Source: the human T2T-CHM13v2.0 reference genome, Homo sapiens. Taken from it: DNA of 64,000 nt. The DNA lies in the NCBI RefSeq assembly GCF_009914755.1, contig NC_060935.1; one strand, 5' to 3'. The notes beneath the pieces were generated by a model. It had not been told where the DNA came from, did no database searches, and saw only the letters and a list, made by a program, of their open reading frames with translations. Positions 1-14,627 of this stretch are shown here, piece by piece. The first letter of the stretch is position 1. Each line of letters opens with the position of its first letter. The position numbers and the translations under genes are program-made.

Positions 1-2313
1 CAGAAATCCTTTGATAATGTTTGAAGCAATACCAGTTTAATACTGTTTAAGTCAGTTTCCTCTATTATTGTGGTTCAATTGTTTAGTGACTTGGAAACCC
101 CCAAAATATGGTTTTTTTTTAATTTCAGTGCCTCCTTTCTTCCTAACACACTGGTGCAAACCTCATACAGAGCACACTGGAGCTAGCAGGCACTGCACTT
201 TATGGCATACAAGTGAAAGAAAGCGTAAAATGGAAGAAGCAGCCCCTTCAAATGGCTAAAGGTGGTGTGACTTCAGACATGAGGATCAGGAAATGGAAGT
301 AAAGGGGAAGTGGAAGAGTAAGGAGAGAATGCCTGCTGTTCTCTCTAGTTTAGGCATCAATTTGCCTGGAGGCACTGCTTGTGCCCAACAGTACAAGAGC
401 GAGCAAAAATGTTTAAAAGTTAGCTAATGCAAACCTAACGTACAGATATGACCATATAAAGCTAAACAAATTAAAAATCAAAGCCTGCTAGAACATATGT
501 AATTACAAAGTGTACATTATAATTGCCCATATAATTAAATGTTTTTAAAAGAAAATAGAAAATACCCTAATACCTTTTGTGGGATCTACTCTACAATAAA
601 AACAGAAAACAAACAAAAAAAGCCAAGCATAATATATTAAGACTATACACATCAGGTAGAGTAAAATTTTATTAAATCTAACAACACACATAACTGTCTT
701 CCTTGAATACATGATTCAGTTTAACATGTACTTTAGGCCTGAATTATTCTTTTTCATATTGCATGTGGTCATACATCTCACCATAAAATTGTTAGATAAT
801 TTTAGTTTACAACTGTAGACTAGAATGCACGGACTATTGCTCCACTTGATAAAATCTCAGAGAAAAAAAACTAAGTCTTTGAATGATGTCATTAGTTTCA
901 AGCTCAGTTTAGCTATTTCTTACTAGATTAGAAATTTCTTTTAAAAGGCTCATGTTTAATGTTTTTTTAAAAAAATAATCCCCACAATATTTACTGTAGC
1001 TACATCTGTACATAGCAGATGCTCAATATATATATTAAGTGAATAACCTCACTAATAAATGCTTGCTTACCTTCTTACCGGTGAGGTCTGTTTAAGAACT
1101 TAACAAAACATCTAAATTTAAGGCAAACTTCTTAATCATTAAAAGACTAAAAAGTAAGCCAGTTTGCATTAACAGGCTCATGTTAGCCAGACAAGTCCCT
1201 CTGTCTCCATTACCTCCTAGTTCCTAGGACAATGACAACAACCTCCCTCCAAACCTCCGTAACTTTACTCTATGACATATCGAAAATGGTGGAGATGAAA
1301 TCTGTTTCTCTCTTTTCATCTAATAAGTGCCCTAAAGAATATTTGCTTTTTCAAAGGCAGAAGAGACACAACTAAAAAGTTTCAACCTAACCAGGCTCTG
1401 GCCCCAGCAATACTACTATTAATGTATGTATGCCCTACCAGTGTCTACCACTGTAGACTCATGCAACCTCTAGTACATGCACCTGGTAAAATCTTTTGTT
1501 TAAATCAACACATGTGGCCCCAGTTACAGTAATCACCTTTCCACTTTATCAAATGCACCTAAAAATATATTGTTACACACAGATCAGTTACAGTACCAGT
1601 AAGAGAGACCATAGTAAGTTATAGTTACAATTCCAGTTAAAAAGGCATTTTTTTAACTTTGATATTTTCACTTCGAGTTAAAATTCAAATCATTAAATGC
1701 AAAAATGAAACAAAAAACTAATGGCTCAACTTACTTAATATCATACAACTAATTCAGCCAACCATAGTATAAACTATGAGAATCCTAACACATTATCTGT
1801 ATTTACCTTAATAAATTTATTAGATATATGTAACATCTCAACCAATATCCAGACTGTTTTTAAAGAATACAGTAGTATAGTTTCCTCTTGAAAAGAAATA
1901 TTCTCTGCAGGAGAGGAAAGATACTTAGGAGCCTTGGGTGTCAGGGATCTCACAAAGTCAACGTCAACTTTATCCATAACCACCATCATCTACCTCCAGT
2001 TAGGAGAAACCTGGGGAAGTCCACACAAAGCACAGAATTGGGAGGACTAAAGTAGACTGCAGGGAGAGGAGGATAAAACACCACCTTCATTTGGCACATC
2101 CTTTTATAACTAGTATCAACTATAAATCTAAATTTTTTGTTGACAATTTCAGCATATATGTGGGCTTTTCAAATAAGAATTTGACTAACACCAACAGTTA
2201 GCTGTATACACTTGAAATCTCTCTCTGTAGCTTGATTTTCCTCCTGAAAAATAAAGGCAATGACACAATAGTCCCTTCTTTCTTGCCCCGAAATTCAATG
2301 ATAGTTTCTAGAG

Positions 2314-2811
2314 CAAAGGTTCTCAAACATTCTAGGTTCACGGCACCCTCAGTATCTCAGTAATTTTCTCACAGCAGCCCTAGGCCAGAAATAATAACAC
2401 TTCCACTTATTAAGTAGTCAGTAGCCATGTGAAAAAATAACCTAGCTAAATTTCAACAAATAATGTTTTTACTTCATTCTTAACCATAATTACTTGTGAA
2501 ATGTGTATTACTGTTGGGCACTGCACAACTTTTCAAACCTTGGAATCAGAGTGGACCCTGCTATCCTCTTTCCTGCTGCATACTGACTTTTTTGTGAATT
2601 TTACCACAGCAACCGCTAAAAAACCAGCTTCACAAAGACATATCATCTATAGAAATGTGGCACAACCTTGAAACCATGAAGTATGTCAAGGCAGTAGCTC
2701 ACCTGGCAACCAGCAAATTTCGGCTACCACTGTATCCTACTTGAAAATTTAAACTATCAGATGGAGTTGGCAACAATGCTCTAGGGTGCCTTGGTGCAGT
2801 TTGGAAACCAT
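2314..2811. mobile_element. Degenerate hAT-Charlie-like DNA transposon
   Basis: Imperfect inverted ends GGTTCTCAAAC / GTTTGGAAACC with GGCACCCT / AGGGTGCC subterminal motifs. Confidence 0.5.
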
Positions 2812-3782
2812 GATACTATGGCAAGGTATATAATTTTGTGGCTTTGGACTCAGACTTGGGTTGGAAATCATATTCTACCATTAACTATAGACTCTTAAGC
2901 ACCTTAATCTATTGAGCCTTAGTTTCTATGCCTGCCAAATAGGAATAATACTATCAACTTCAGAGAACAGTTGCAAGGAACTAAATCCATGTCTTTTAAC
3001 TCTTGTACACTACAACTCTTTCCCAAAAAGACTCAGTTCAAATCTTGTTGGCTGAGCCACTATCATTTTATCAGCTATTTGAAACAGGCTGAAAGTTTGT
3101 AATAGCTGATAAAACGACAGAGGTTCACCCAACAAGCCAACTTTGATGATGATATCATGGTTCATCATCAAAGTTCTGAAAATCGTTTCCCTGCACAGTA
3201 ACAGCATTTCACCTGCAGAGACTTCTCATTTGCCAAGTGTTCTGAACTGTGTAACATTAATTAATAATTATTCTAAGATCACCTTATGATAGGATCTATT
3301 ATTATCAGTCCCCTTAGCAACTCTATACCAACGGTAATGCAGTGGCTGAAATAAATGATCCTTCTTAGCCCAGGTTACCTGTCATTTTTACTTACTTAGT
3401 GAACCACTATTCAATTCAACTGACTCTAATATTGTATTCCTGTGATATTAATATAAACTAAATGCACTGGTCAAAATACCTAAAATAAATGTAGATTCAA
3501 GCAATCTCATATACTACCCAAAATACCACGCCATCCCAGAAAACCTATGCATTTCAACTTGGTCCAAAGAAATTACCAAAACAATTTACTAGCCATCCTT
3601 TCCCCAAATGCCCACAGTTCGTTCTCTGAGAGATACATTACTATCACTTCCCAAGGCATCCTAAAAGCAACTTACTAAGGCATCCTACTTCACAATGACT
3701 ACTTTCTTAAAAATTAAAAAACGGGCCAGGCTTGGTGGCTCACGCCTGTAAAGCACTTTGGGAGGCCAAGGTGTGTGGATCA

Positions 3783-4058
<276 letters not shown>

Positions 4059-5748
4059 TTACTACAATGGGAGCTTAATTTTTAAACAAATTCTGTGAGA
4101 AGCCTTTATATAATGTAATTAGTCACCCTCCTATTTTGTACTATTTTTTAAATTAGCCTTTTGTAAGCCAGTTTGTTACAGGTAGAGGGAATGTGGACAG
4201 GTAAGAACAGATTACTAGGCTTATATTATAACTGCTGTATTAATTTGAGTCTTCGGTAGCCATAACATCATACAGATTCTTTATAGGTAATATTCTGAAG
4301 AACTTCATACTTGGCGCTTCCTAGCAATGCAAATAAATTCAGTTAACAGAAACTTCTTCATTTACATAGAGAATAGAAGAGCGACCCTGCTTTCTTGGAA
4401 AGGAAACAGCTATCTGTCTTGTACAATAACCAATCCACTTTGGCCAGCTAATATGGACAAAAAAAGAGACCTATTTGGAAAACGTTTCTTCTCCAGCCAA
4501 GGGCTGTTTCCAGATAAAGGCAATGCTCAGAGTATAACAAAAAAGCCTTCTCTGAGGAAAGAAAAGTGCCAGAAAAGGAGAGGCAGGGATCGGGAATAAA
4601 TGGGGGTGAGTATAAGCACTCAGTGTGAAGGCTGGAGGCAGCAGGCGCAGCGCTGAGATGCTCCAGCAAAAGAACCAGCAGCAGCAGCAGGAAGTTTCAA
4701 TGGGGCCGGGCAGAGCATGCGCCCTGCACCCGCGCGGTGGCCTTATGTGGAAGGAGCACCACTTGCGAACACCAATAATAGACCAGCGGCACCAGAGAGA
4801 GAAACATGAGCAACAAGCACCTTCTTCAACTGTTTCCCCCTCCGTCAGAGCCCCTCCTCCAGCTTACATACTAACCACCCCACCCTACCGTGCAAATGGG
4901 AGGGAGACGACTTCTTCGCCTAAGCCCGGCTGCCAAGATGAAGGGGGAAGGGATTGGAAAAGTGGGGAGATGCTCGCCTATTATTTTGGGGGAGGTGGGG
5001 AGAGGAAGGAGAACTATGGAGGAGGAATTAACCCTCTCCTCTCCACAGTGGAGCTGAACCGACTTCGCCCCCCTACCGAGAATGGAGAAGAACCCCCTCC
5101 CGTGGGGGAGGAGCAGACCTCCCCACTTCAAGGAAGGAGTTTTAGGGGTTAAAGCAGCCCTCGAGGGGAAGGGAAAAGGGACAAATCTCTCAGGGGAGTT
5201 CCCAACAGAGGGAGGGAGAGTTGAGTGTCCGCTGGCCCCCGCCCACCCAGGTGAAGGGAGATAAGGAGGTGTCCGGAGCAGCCGAGCCCAGCCTTCCCCG
5301 AGATGGTCGGGAAGACTGGTGGGAGGAGGGGAGGGAGTAAGGGTGGGGAGGAGGAGAAAAGCGCAAAGCTGGCCGGAACCTGCGCTCCCCTTCCCCCGCC
5401 GCCAAGGGGGAGACGGGGTGGGGGGCCGCCCTCCGCCGCGGAGAAGCAGTCCCCGCGGCTGCCGACCGGCACAATGACCCCTCCCCGCCTCCAGCCCACA
5501 CCTAGCCCGCAACGCCTTCACCTCAGCTCCCCGCCCGGCCGAGTGGCCCTAGGGGGCCTCCGCCCCGCCTCCCCACTGCCCAAGACCCCGGGGGCTGGGC
5601 GGAGAAGACCAGCCCGGCGGAGTTGCGTCCCAGGGGGAAGACAGAGCCGCGGAGGCCCGAGCCGCGAAGAACCGGGGCGCCTGTGAAGAGCGGAGAGTAG
5701 CAGAGCGCCAGGGCCGCTTCCCGCCGGGCGTTCGGGCCCCTCGCTTAC

Positions 5749-5935
5749 CTTCTCCGTTGCCGACGTCCGGCGGCGGCGCCTGCAGCACCCGCTCCAGCTC
5801 AGGGAACGGCAACTCAGGCAGGTCTAGCAGCGGCCCGTAGCGCTCCAAGAAGGAGCAGACTACGGCGAAGTTGGGGCACGAACCCGGGCAGCCCGGAGGA
5901 GCCATCACCGCCGCCGCTGCCGCCGCCGTCGCCAT
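5749..5935 (-). CDS. RSF1: RSF1 (remodeling and spacing factor 1) coding exon 1; intron 1 runs off the left edge
   Basis: ATG at 5935-5933 in strong Kozak context (CAAAATGG). Translation MATAAAAAAVMAPPGCPGSCPNFAVVCSFLERYGPLLDLPELPFPELERVLQAPPPDVGNGE matches the recalled RSF1 N-terminus. The 187-nt segment ends at the consensus donor GAAG|GTAAGC (GT at 5748-5747). Confidence 0.97.
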
Positions 5936-6369
5936 TTTGAACTGGAGGATGGAGGAGGAGGCGATGGGGGGGCGGGGGAAGTTGGGGTGCCGAGGGATGG
6001 CAAGGCAACCTTACAGACGACAGGAGGCGCTCTCAAGTGGGCTCCTCTGCGGATCCCAGCGTCTTAGGGACGGCTCCGCGATCCCACAATACATCGGCGG
6101 CCCGGAGCAGTCGAGAACCGAGTCAGACGGGAGACAGAGCGGCCCTCGGCGCCTTTCACTTTCCGCCCTCTTTCCGCCCCCTTCTCTCCTCCCCTTCGGG
6201 CTTGCCACTGCCTCGTGTGACAGGGGGAATGAAAACAAGGGAAGCGGGGCGGGGAGGCGGGCTGGAAGCGGGAGGGGCGGGACTTCTCGAGAACAATGGC
6301 CAATGGACGCAGAGGGGGCGGGGCCTCGGGCGCTGTTCAACTGCAGGGCGTATTCCCGGAGGGCAGTTG

Positions 6370-6462
6370 GGGAGCGCAGATCCCGAAGCAGCGCTGGGAG
6401 CGTAAGTGCGGGCAGAGCACTGCGCCGTTTGGGAACGCAACTTTGAGGAGACAGTGCGGTGG
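6370..6462 (+). other. AAMDC: AAMDC non-coding exon 1 (5' UTR); start approximate
   Basis: Lies just downstream of the GC/CCAAT boxes in the CpG island and ends at the consensus donor GG|GTGAGT (6463). Exon 2 has an acceptor 18 nt before its ATG, so an upstream non-coding exon is required. Confidence 0.7.
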
Positions 6463-7368
6463 GTGAGTTTGCGGGGGAATCCTGAAACTGGGCCACGAGA
6501 TGGTGGAGAGGTTGAGGAGAATTAATAAACAGAAAAAGGGAATAGGGCGGGGGAAAGCACAGTTGTGGGAGAAGGTTGGGAAGGGGAAAGGTAGAGGTGT
6601 GCCCTTAATTAGGGGCTGGGCTGGGACCTCGGTAAGATGTCTCTGTGGAAGTTTGCCGACGGGGTATTGCTCTCTGCTGGGGTACAGGAATCGCAGCTTT
6701 GCTGGAAAAGCAGGATCTGAGGGAACGGAACTCTGGGGGAATCGTCGGAGTGAGGAGTTGGGGCCCTGCTGGGAGAAGAGGATCTGAGGAGACCAGGCTC
6801 TGCTAGGGGGCCATGGTGTGAGGGGAAGGGGCTCTGTTCAGGGACCAGAATCGGAGTGTGGGCTGGGACTCCATTGAGAGGCGGAACATGACAGGAGACG
6901 GTGGAGCAGCGAAAAGTTTGTTAGAAGACAGGGTTCCACTTCGGGGCGGGGCGGGGGCAGTGAACATTCCCACAAAGAACGCCAGAGAGAAACTACCAAT
7001 AATGTAAAATAGAATGTGCAGCCTGAGAAGCAGCAGTACACGTTATGCTTAGAAGCCTGAGCTTTGGATTCAGCCAGGCCTGAGTCCTAGCGGGGCTACT
7101 TCATGACACTGTGGAGGTTTCTTTATTTCTTTGAACTCCTTAGAGTGGGGTGATAATAGTACCTACATCATACGGTATTACTAGATAAATCACAGTAAAG
7201 TGATTAGCACAGTGCCGTAGCACATAGTGAGTACTTTAAAAATATTAGTTATCAAAAAAGGAGTTCCTATAATTTAGACTGAATTCCGCTATATTTATTT
7301 AGTCTATAATTTATTACTTTGAGAATTTTCTGAGTGCATTTAAAACTCAATGTAGTACCTAATTCCTA

Positions 7369-7512
<144 letters not shown>

Positions 7513-8156
7513 TTAGCCGGGAATCCTTGGGAGGCTGATGCAGGAGAACCCCTTGAACCGGGGAGGCGAAGGTTGCAGTGAGTCGAGGTCGCGCCACTGC
7601 ACTCCAGCCTGAGCGACAGAGCAAGACTCCACCTCAAAAAAAAAAAAAAAAAAAAAAGAATTTGAAGCAAGGTACAACACAAACCATGTAAAAAAGAGAA
7701 ATCTGTAATTATAGAAAGATAAGAAATAGATGGGCAAATAATTATATGAGTAACAGGGAAAATGGTCACACAAACACCGAATTTTTTTCTTCATTTCCAG
7801 GTTTTAAAAAGGGGAAAAACCATAAGGGTGTGTATTATTCCCATTATCTAAAGAAAGAATACTCAATTTATCAAGAGAAAAATTCTATATTGTAAGAAGA
7901 ATTTATTGCCTTGAATAGTGATTCATAGTCTTGAGTGGTATACAAACCGTTTTTAAAGGAAAAAAGTTCTTTTGAAACTTGGCAAATACTTTTGAAAATT
8001 TCACTGTAAGAAATACTGATGTAAGAAATCAAAGTCTAAAGAACACTGTAAATGTACTTAATGCCACTGAAGTATACACTTAAAGTGGTTAAAATGGCAT
8101 ATTTTATGTTACATGTATTTTACGACAATAAAAAAGCTTTTAAGAAATTAAAATCC

Positions 8157-8459
8157 GCCGGGCGCTGTGGCTCACGCCTGTAATCCCAGCACTTTGGGAG
8201 GTCGAGACGGGCGGGTCACGAGGTCAGGAGATCAAGACCATCCTGGCTAACGCGGTGAAACCCGTCTCTACTAAAAATACAAAAAATTAGCCGGGCGTGG
8301 TGGCGGCGGGCCCCTGTAGACAGCTACTCGGGAGGCTGAGGCAGGAGAATGGCATGGACCCGGGAGGCGGAGCTTGCAGTGAGCCAAGGTTGTGCCACTG
8401 CACTCCAGCCTGGGCGACAGAGCAAGACTCCGTCTCAAAAAAAAAAAAAAAAAAAAAGA
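8157..8459 (+). repeat. Young CpG-rich Alu (AluY-like)
   Basis: Full dimer with GAGACCATCCTGGCTAAC-type and CGGAGCTTGCAGTGAG diagnostics, long A tail, perfect TSD AAGAAATTAAAATCC (8142-8156, 8456-8470). Confidence 0.9.
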
Positions 8460-11346
8460 AATTAAAATCCTACTTCAGGAAAATATCTTTATGGTTATGA
8501 ATTATCACTGCCAAAGAAGTTTTAATTTAATAAGTCGGAAAATATTGTTTTTAAGCAATTACTGAAATGAAACACAAAACTAAACTAAAACATTTTTATA
8601 GAATTCCCAAACGGGCAAGTATATATCTCTTGACCCTGGGGACCTGAAGACTCCAGTTTAAAAATAATCTGGGCGAGGTGGGGTGGCTCATGCCTGTAAT
8701 CCAAGCACTCTGGGAGGCCGAGCAGGAGGACCCCTTGAGCCAAGGAGTTCGAGACCAGCCTGGGCAAGGTAGTGAGACCTCATCTGTAATCCCATGTAGT
8801 TGCCACTGCACTCCAGCCTGGGCGACAGAACTACACCCTGTCTCAAAAAAAAAAAAAAAAAAAAAGAATAATTTGACCCAGAATACAGTTTTAACAACAG
8901 TTTTGTGGAAACATACAAAGACTTTCATATACTGGTTACTTAACTGACCTTAAATAAAAGCCAGGTACAGGATATTTTAAAATAAAATTGTATCTTTGTG
9001 AAGGAATTTCTATGGAAAGAACCTTCAAACCTAAAAGGAAGATTTATTATGTGAACCTTGCCTGTACTTTCTATCTTTGCTTCTAGCTTTTGCAGCACTT
9101 CACTTCCCACATTCCAGTGAGGTTGTGAAATAACATTCTAAAAAAAAAAAAAAGCTTTATTACTATAGTTTTCTTTTCTCACTGCTCACACTGTTAGTCA
9201 AACAGACTGATAAATAAAGGTTAGAGTTTCTGCCTTTTCTAATCTAGATCGGCAGGGAAACAGAGTCCTTTGGCATCAGAAAGTTATATCCACCCAAAGA
9301 TAAGAAGTGTTTTGCTACAAAGCAAGGTTTAAGCATGCCTTCCTTCACTAAAGTCTGTTCTTGAAAATAAATGACACACACCCATAATGCTATCATCACT
9401 TCTTGCTTTCCTGGGCTAAGAGAAATTGTGGAATACAGAGCTTAACGACAATTTATGTAGTTATATAAGTGAGTTATATTTATCAGACTGGAATGTAAAG
9501 GTGCAAAAAAGAGTAGCTATTTTTAAAACCTGTATTTGATTTATTGCTACTGCCATGAAGAGGCCTTTAAATAAGCATTAAGTTACACTTGGTTCAACTT
9601 TGTTTATGAATAAGAAATTTCTTAAGATATTTCAAATTTCATGTCCTATTAGGGGGAAATATTTTGCTCAATTAGAATTAACGGCTAATTTATTAAAAAT
9701 ACCAAAAAGTCAAAAACAACACAAATATTCATCAACAGAAAAATATAAATTGTGATATACTACTCAGAGTAATACACACTGTTGATATACACTACAGCCT
9801 GGGTGAATCTTAAAAACATGTTGAGTAAAAGAAGGCAGACACAAAAGAGTTAGGTACTGTACAATTCCATCAATATGAAGGTCAAAACTAATCTGTGGCA
9901 ATAGAAATCAAAGTAGTTGTTTCCTTTGAGCTTGGAAGGGTATTGACTAGAAAGGGGCACAAGGGGACTTTGTAGATAGTTTCTATATCTTGATTGGCAA
10001 GTTTATTTCTCAAAATTCATTGAACTCTATAAACACTGCATTCAACTAAATGCAATGCAATTATGCTTCAATTTTAGAAGTTAATGGTTTATTCCTATAT
10101 AATCCCAATTAGCATTGGTACCAGTCTGCCTTTTATACAAATTTATACACATTTCTGTCTCCTTCATATGTTATCTTTGCATTTGTTACATAGTTTTTTT
10201 GTTGTTGTTGTTTTTCTTTTTGAGACAGAGTCTCACTCTATCACCCAGGCTAGAGTGCAGTGACGCGATCTCAGCTCACTGCATGCTCCGACTCCTGGTT
10301 TCACGCCATTCTATTGCCTCAGCCTCCCGAGTAGCTGGGGCTACAGGCGTCTGCCACCATGCCCGGCTAATTTTTTTTGTATTTTTGGTAGAGACGGGGT
10401 TTCACCATGTTAGCCAGGATGGTCTCGATCTCCTGACCTCGTGATCTGCTCACCTCAGCCTCCCAAAGTGCTGGGATTACAGGCATGAGCCACCAGGCCT
10501 GGCTGCTTTTTTTTTAATGGATATTATAAGCTCAGTAAATGTATATTGAGGCAAACTGAATTCCATTTTAGAGCCAATTTGGGGAATTCCTAATCAAGGA
10601 TGAGCAAATTAGGTTTATCTAAAACTCACTTTAAAAAAGCTAAAACAAGCTGCGCACGGTGGTTCAAAAAAGCTGAAGGTATATGGACTTAATATTACAT
10701 GTAGTGAAAAAGCTATTAAGTGTCAACAGAAATAGGAATCTCTACTCTTTGAGATAGTTTAATAAGAAGATGTATGAAAATAAAAGGAAGCCCTAATACA
10801 AACAAGATGTAAACCAACCATTTTCTGGATATTTGTCTTGATAACTGAATTCTGTGTTACAACAGAATTCTATTCATTGAAGAAGACACCTTTAGAAGTG
10901 TCTTACTACCCATTTTTTTTGTTTTTTTTTTTTTGAGTCAGTCTCACTCTGTCGCCCTGGCTGGAGTGCAGTGGCACGATCTAGGCTCACTGCAACCTCT
11001 GCCTCCTAAGTTCAAGTGATTCTCCTGCCTCAGCCTCCCAAGTAGCTGGGATTACAGGCAAGTGCCACTACATCCGGCTAATTTTTGTATTTTTTGTAGA
11101 GATGGGGTTTCACTACGTTGGCCAGGCTGGTCTCAAACTCCTGACCTCAGATGATCTGCTCACCTCGGCCTCCCAAAGTGCTGGGATTACAAGCGTGAGC
11201 CACCGTCTTACTACCCATCTTTTTTTGAGACTTATGCATGAGTCTATTCTCTGACAAGCCTGGCTAAGATTGGTTTCTCCGATGGAGTAAAGATTTTTAC
11301 TGAAAAGAAAAATGAGCGGGTAGCCAGAAGCAGTGGCTCATGCCTA

Positions 11347-11577
<231 letters not shown>

Positions 11578-12002
11578 TCATCTCAAAAAAAAAAAGATGG
11601 GGGACAGCCTGTATTATTATGTTTTATGTCTTTTAGCTATGTGTCTGTGTTTTAAATTTTTATTATTAAATAATTCAGAACAGGGATAATCATCGGCAGT
11701 TTGACATCCTATACAGCAAGGCCTGATATTCACTTGTATGAACCAGAAAGGCTGTACTGACTGTTAAACTGTTAAGATACTGTATTTACATGCCAGTTGC
11801 AGCATAGTCGCTACCCTGAGCCTCCCAAGTACACTCCTGCTACACTGGCTAGCCAGTCTGTCTCCAACAACACCCAGCAACCGAACCTTTGAAACAGACA
11901 CACCAGACCCTATAACTGTATGCCTGCAAATCAGATAATCTCAATGAAATGAACACATTTCTAGAATAACATGAACTATGGAAACTCACTCAAGAACAAC
12001 TA

Positions 12003-12449
<447 letters not shown>

Positions 12450-13334
12450 TCAATACCAATGCTTCACAAATTCATACCAAAAACTAGAAGAGAGGGAACA
12501 CTTCCCAACTTATTCTGTGAGGACAGATTTTCCTTAGTAGCAAGATAGAGAAAAATATCACAAGGAAAGCCCAATACCTCATGTGAATCTAGCAAACACA
12601 GCAATCCTCAATTAAATACTAGCAAACCAGTTCCAACCACATATAAAAAGGATTATACACCATAAACAAGTGGGATTCATCCCAACTATGCAATATTGGC
12701 TTAAAATCTAAAAATCAATATATTGTAATATATTTACAGAATAAAAGAAACAACATAGTCATCTCAATAGATGCAGAAAACTCATTTGACAAAATTCAAT
12801 ATTCTTTCATGTTAAAAATAATAAACTAGGAAGAGAAGGGAACTTTTTCAGCCTGATTAAGAGCATTATGAAAAACCCATGCCTAATATATGGAATGCTG
12901 AAAACTAATTCCTCCCTCCTAAGGTCAGGAACAAGACAAGGATGTTTGCTATATCCACTTACATTTAATATTATACTGGAGGTTGTAGCCAGTGCAATGT
13001 GTCAAGAAAAAAATAAAAGGCATCCAGATTGGCATGGAAGAAGTAAAACAAGCTCTATCTTAAATTACTGATCTTGTATGTAGGAAATCCTAAAGAATCC
13101 ACAAATAAAGCTATTAGAACAAATAGACAAGCACATTTGCAGGATACAAGATAAATACTCAAAAATCCTGTGTTATTCTGTACATTAGCAATGAACAATC
13201 CAAAAATGAAATCAGACCAGGCACAGTGGCTCCTGCCTGTAATCCCAGCACTTTGGGAGGCGAGGTAGGTGGATCACTTGAGGCCAGGAGTTCAATACCA
13301 GCCTGGCCAACATGGTGAAACTCCATCTCTACTA

Positions 13335-13568
<234 letters not shown>

Positions 13569-13727
13569 TTAGAGATTTCTTAAAAAGAAATACAAGAATG
13601 AAAATTATAGCCGGGTGCGGTGGCTCACACCTGTAATCCCAGTACTTTGGGAGGCCGAGGCAGATGGATCACAAGGTCAGGAGATCGAGACCATCCTGGC
13701 TAACATGGTGAAACCCCATCTCTACTA

Positions 13728-13943
<216 letters not shown>

Positions 13944-14240
13944 TTAAAAGACGTACATGGGAAGAAAACACATATTCATGGATTGAAAGATTTAATATTG
14001 ATAAGATGCCAATACCTTTAAGTTGAAGTACAGATTCCACAGATTCACTCTCCATCAAAATTCCAGCTGGCTTCTTTGCAGAAATTGACAAGTTGATCCT
14101 AATACTAATATGGAAATTCAGAGAACCCAGAATATCCAAAACAGTTTTTCAGATGATGAACAAAGTTGAAGGACTCACACTTCCTGGCTTCCAAAGTTAC
14201 TACACAGCTACGGTAATCAAGATTGTGTGTAGTAATGGCA

Positions 14241-14627
14241 TATGACAGACTGTGTCTCCCCCAGATTCATATGTTGAAGCCCTAACCCCTAATGTGACTG
14301 TATTTAGAGATAATGCCTATAGGAAGGAGTTAACTAAAGTTAAACAATGTCATGAGGGTGGGGCCCTAATGTGATAGAACTGGTAATTTTATAAGAACAG
14401 AAATAGAGAGAGAGCTCTTTCTCTTCACATGCATATGCCAAGGAGAGGCCATGTGAAGACACAGAGAGATGGCAGACATCTCCAACCCAAGGAGAAAGCC
14501 CTCACGAGATACCAGTCAGGCCAGCACCTTATCTTGGATATGCCAGCTCCAGAACTGTGAAAAATAAATTTTTGTTGTTTAAGTTACCAATTTATGGTAT
14601 TTTTTATAGTAGTCAGGCTGAATAACA
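14241..14627 (+). mobile_element. MLT1-type MaLR solo LTR
   Basis: MLT1 hallmarks (ATTCATATGTTGAAGCCCTAACCCC; CCAGAACTGTGAAAAATAAATTT). Confidence 0.8.

Larger units (their letters stand above)
5250..6500. promoter_or_regulatory. CpG island / bidirectional RSF1-AAMDC promoter
   Basis: Very GC- and CpG-rich. GC boxes GGGGCGGG at 6246, 6274 and 6315, CCAAT at 6300-6304, YY1-type CGCCATTTT at 5930-5938, no obvious TATA box. Divergent first exons lie within about 500 bp. Boundaries are approximate. Confidence 0.92.

Noticed and set aside
1060-1085. Two adjacent minus-strand donor-like motifs (AAG|GTAAG, CG|GTAAG) in RSF1 intron 1
   Set aside because: I could not identify a matching acceptor or coding signal, and isolated donor motifs are common.
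4625-6787. Many long overlapping ORFs (up to 216 aa) around the CpG island
   Set aside because: Expected from stop-codon scarcity in GC-rich DNA. Several start at GTG/TTG, are low-complexity and resemble no known family. Only the RSF1 exon has protein and splice support.
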